From Candidatus Kapaibacterium sp. (lineage in GTDB: Bacteria; Bacteroidota; Ignavibacteria; Palsa-1295), in assembly GCA_046590205.1 (NCBI GenBank), contig JBKJTT010000088.1:733-64732 (forward strand): a stretch of DNA of 64,000 nucleotides, written 5' to 3'. The notes beneath the pieces are model-generated. The model was not told the origin of the DNA. It was given only the letters and a program-made list of their open reading frames with translations, and did no database searches. A program made the position numbers and the translations under genes. This document shows, piece after piece, positions 63,933 through 64,000 of this stretch (its first letter is position 1; each line of letters starts with the position of its first letter).

Positions 63933-64000
63933 TCGTACAAAGTTTGAAGAGCAAAGATACCTATTTTATTTCAAAGTCCACTTTATCTACCGTCCAGCGG

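Noticed and set aside
1-64000. CRISPR arrays, transposases, integrases, restriction-modification or other defence genes; rRNA
   Set aside because: No repeat-spacer periodicity is visible in any intergenic region. No proteins have transposase, integrase, nuclease, helicase or methylase motifs. The flanks of both tRNA genes carry only housekeeping or secreted-protein genes.

Overview
This is a densely coding chromosomal window (about 90% coding, roughly 45% GC) from a bacterium that uses a type IX secretion system (T9SS). I place it in Bacteroidota or an Ignavibacteria-like lineage on gene content only. It carries about 58 protein genes, two tRNAs, and several clean intrinsic-terminator hairpins.

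- **T9SS cargo:** at least four proteins end in a T9SS type-A C-terminal sorting domain: a 1453-aa S8 subtilase, a multi-BNR (Asp-box) repeat protein, a CRTAC1-family FG-GAP/ASPIC-UnbV protein, and a 133-aa protein that is only signal peptide plus sorting domain.
- **Housekeeping genes I recognise with confidence:** rpsR, rpmB, murA, miaB, gcvT, maf, an HU gene, proline iminopeptidase pip, a thiolase, two MsbA-like ABC exporters, livG/livF-like ABC ATPases, tRNA-Ser(CGA) and tRNA-Lys(UUU).
- **Envelope-glycan neighbourhood (26.3-35.0 kb):** a processive GT2, an outer-membrane beta-barrel, an M50 site-2 protease and an ArnT/PMT-like glycosyltransferase on the plus strand, converging on GT9, MsbA-like and GT9 genes on the minus strand.
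- **Outer-membrane and catabolic clusters:** a TonB-dependent receptor with DUF4249 and a 694-aa outer-membrane protein, and an AtuA(DUF1446)/DUF4387 catabolic cluster with a PfkB kinase and an FAH-family hydrolase.
- **Candidate undescribed systems:**
  - A three-gene extracytoplasmic operon: a PHM/DBH-like (HHM motif) lipoprotein, a CRTAC1 T9SS protein, and a PSCyt1-domain lipoprotein with an unusual CX4CH motif.
  - A sorting-domain-only T9SS mini-protein translationally coupled to a large secreted protein that carries its own C-terminal beta-barrel anchor.
  - A tandem-domain ThyX-like protein whose N-terminal domain has lost the RHR motif and is coupled by ATGA overlap to a GT2.
  - An acyl-CoA-type trio (3-hydroxyacyl-CoA dehydrogenase-like, HIBADH-like, thiolase) in which the 3-hydroxyacyl-CoA dehydrogenase (Hbd)-like protein lacks the Rossmann GxGxxG motif.
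  - A TonB with a duplicated C-terminal domain.
  - Two copies of a palindromic GACTAAAGTC hairpin element bracketing a DASS transporter gene.
  - A Cys-rich CDTC repeat at the N-terminus of a propeller-like lipoprotein.
  - A lipoprotein gene at the window edge, with Thr-rich and Tyr/Gly/Pro/Trp-rich low-complexity regions, that is missing from the ORF track.

I saw no CRISPR array, transposase, integrase, rRNA, or recognisable defence genes.
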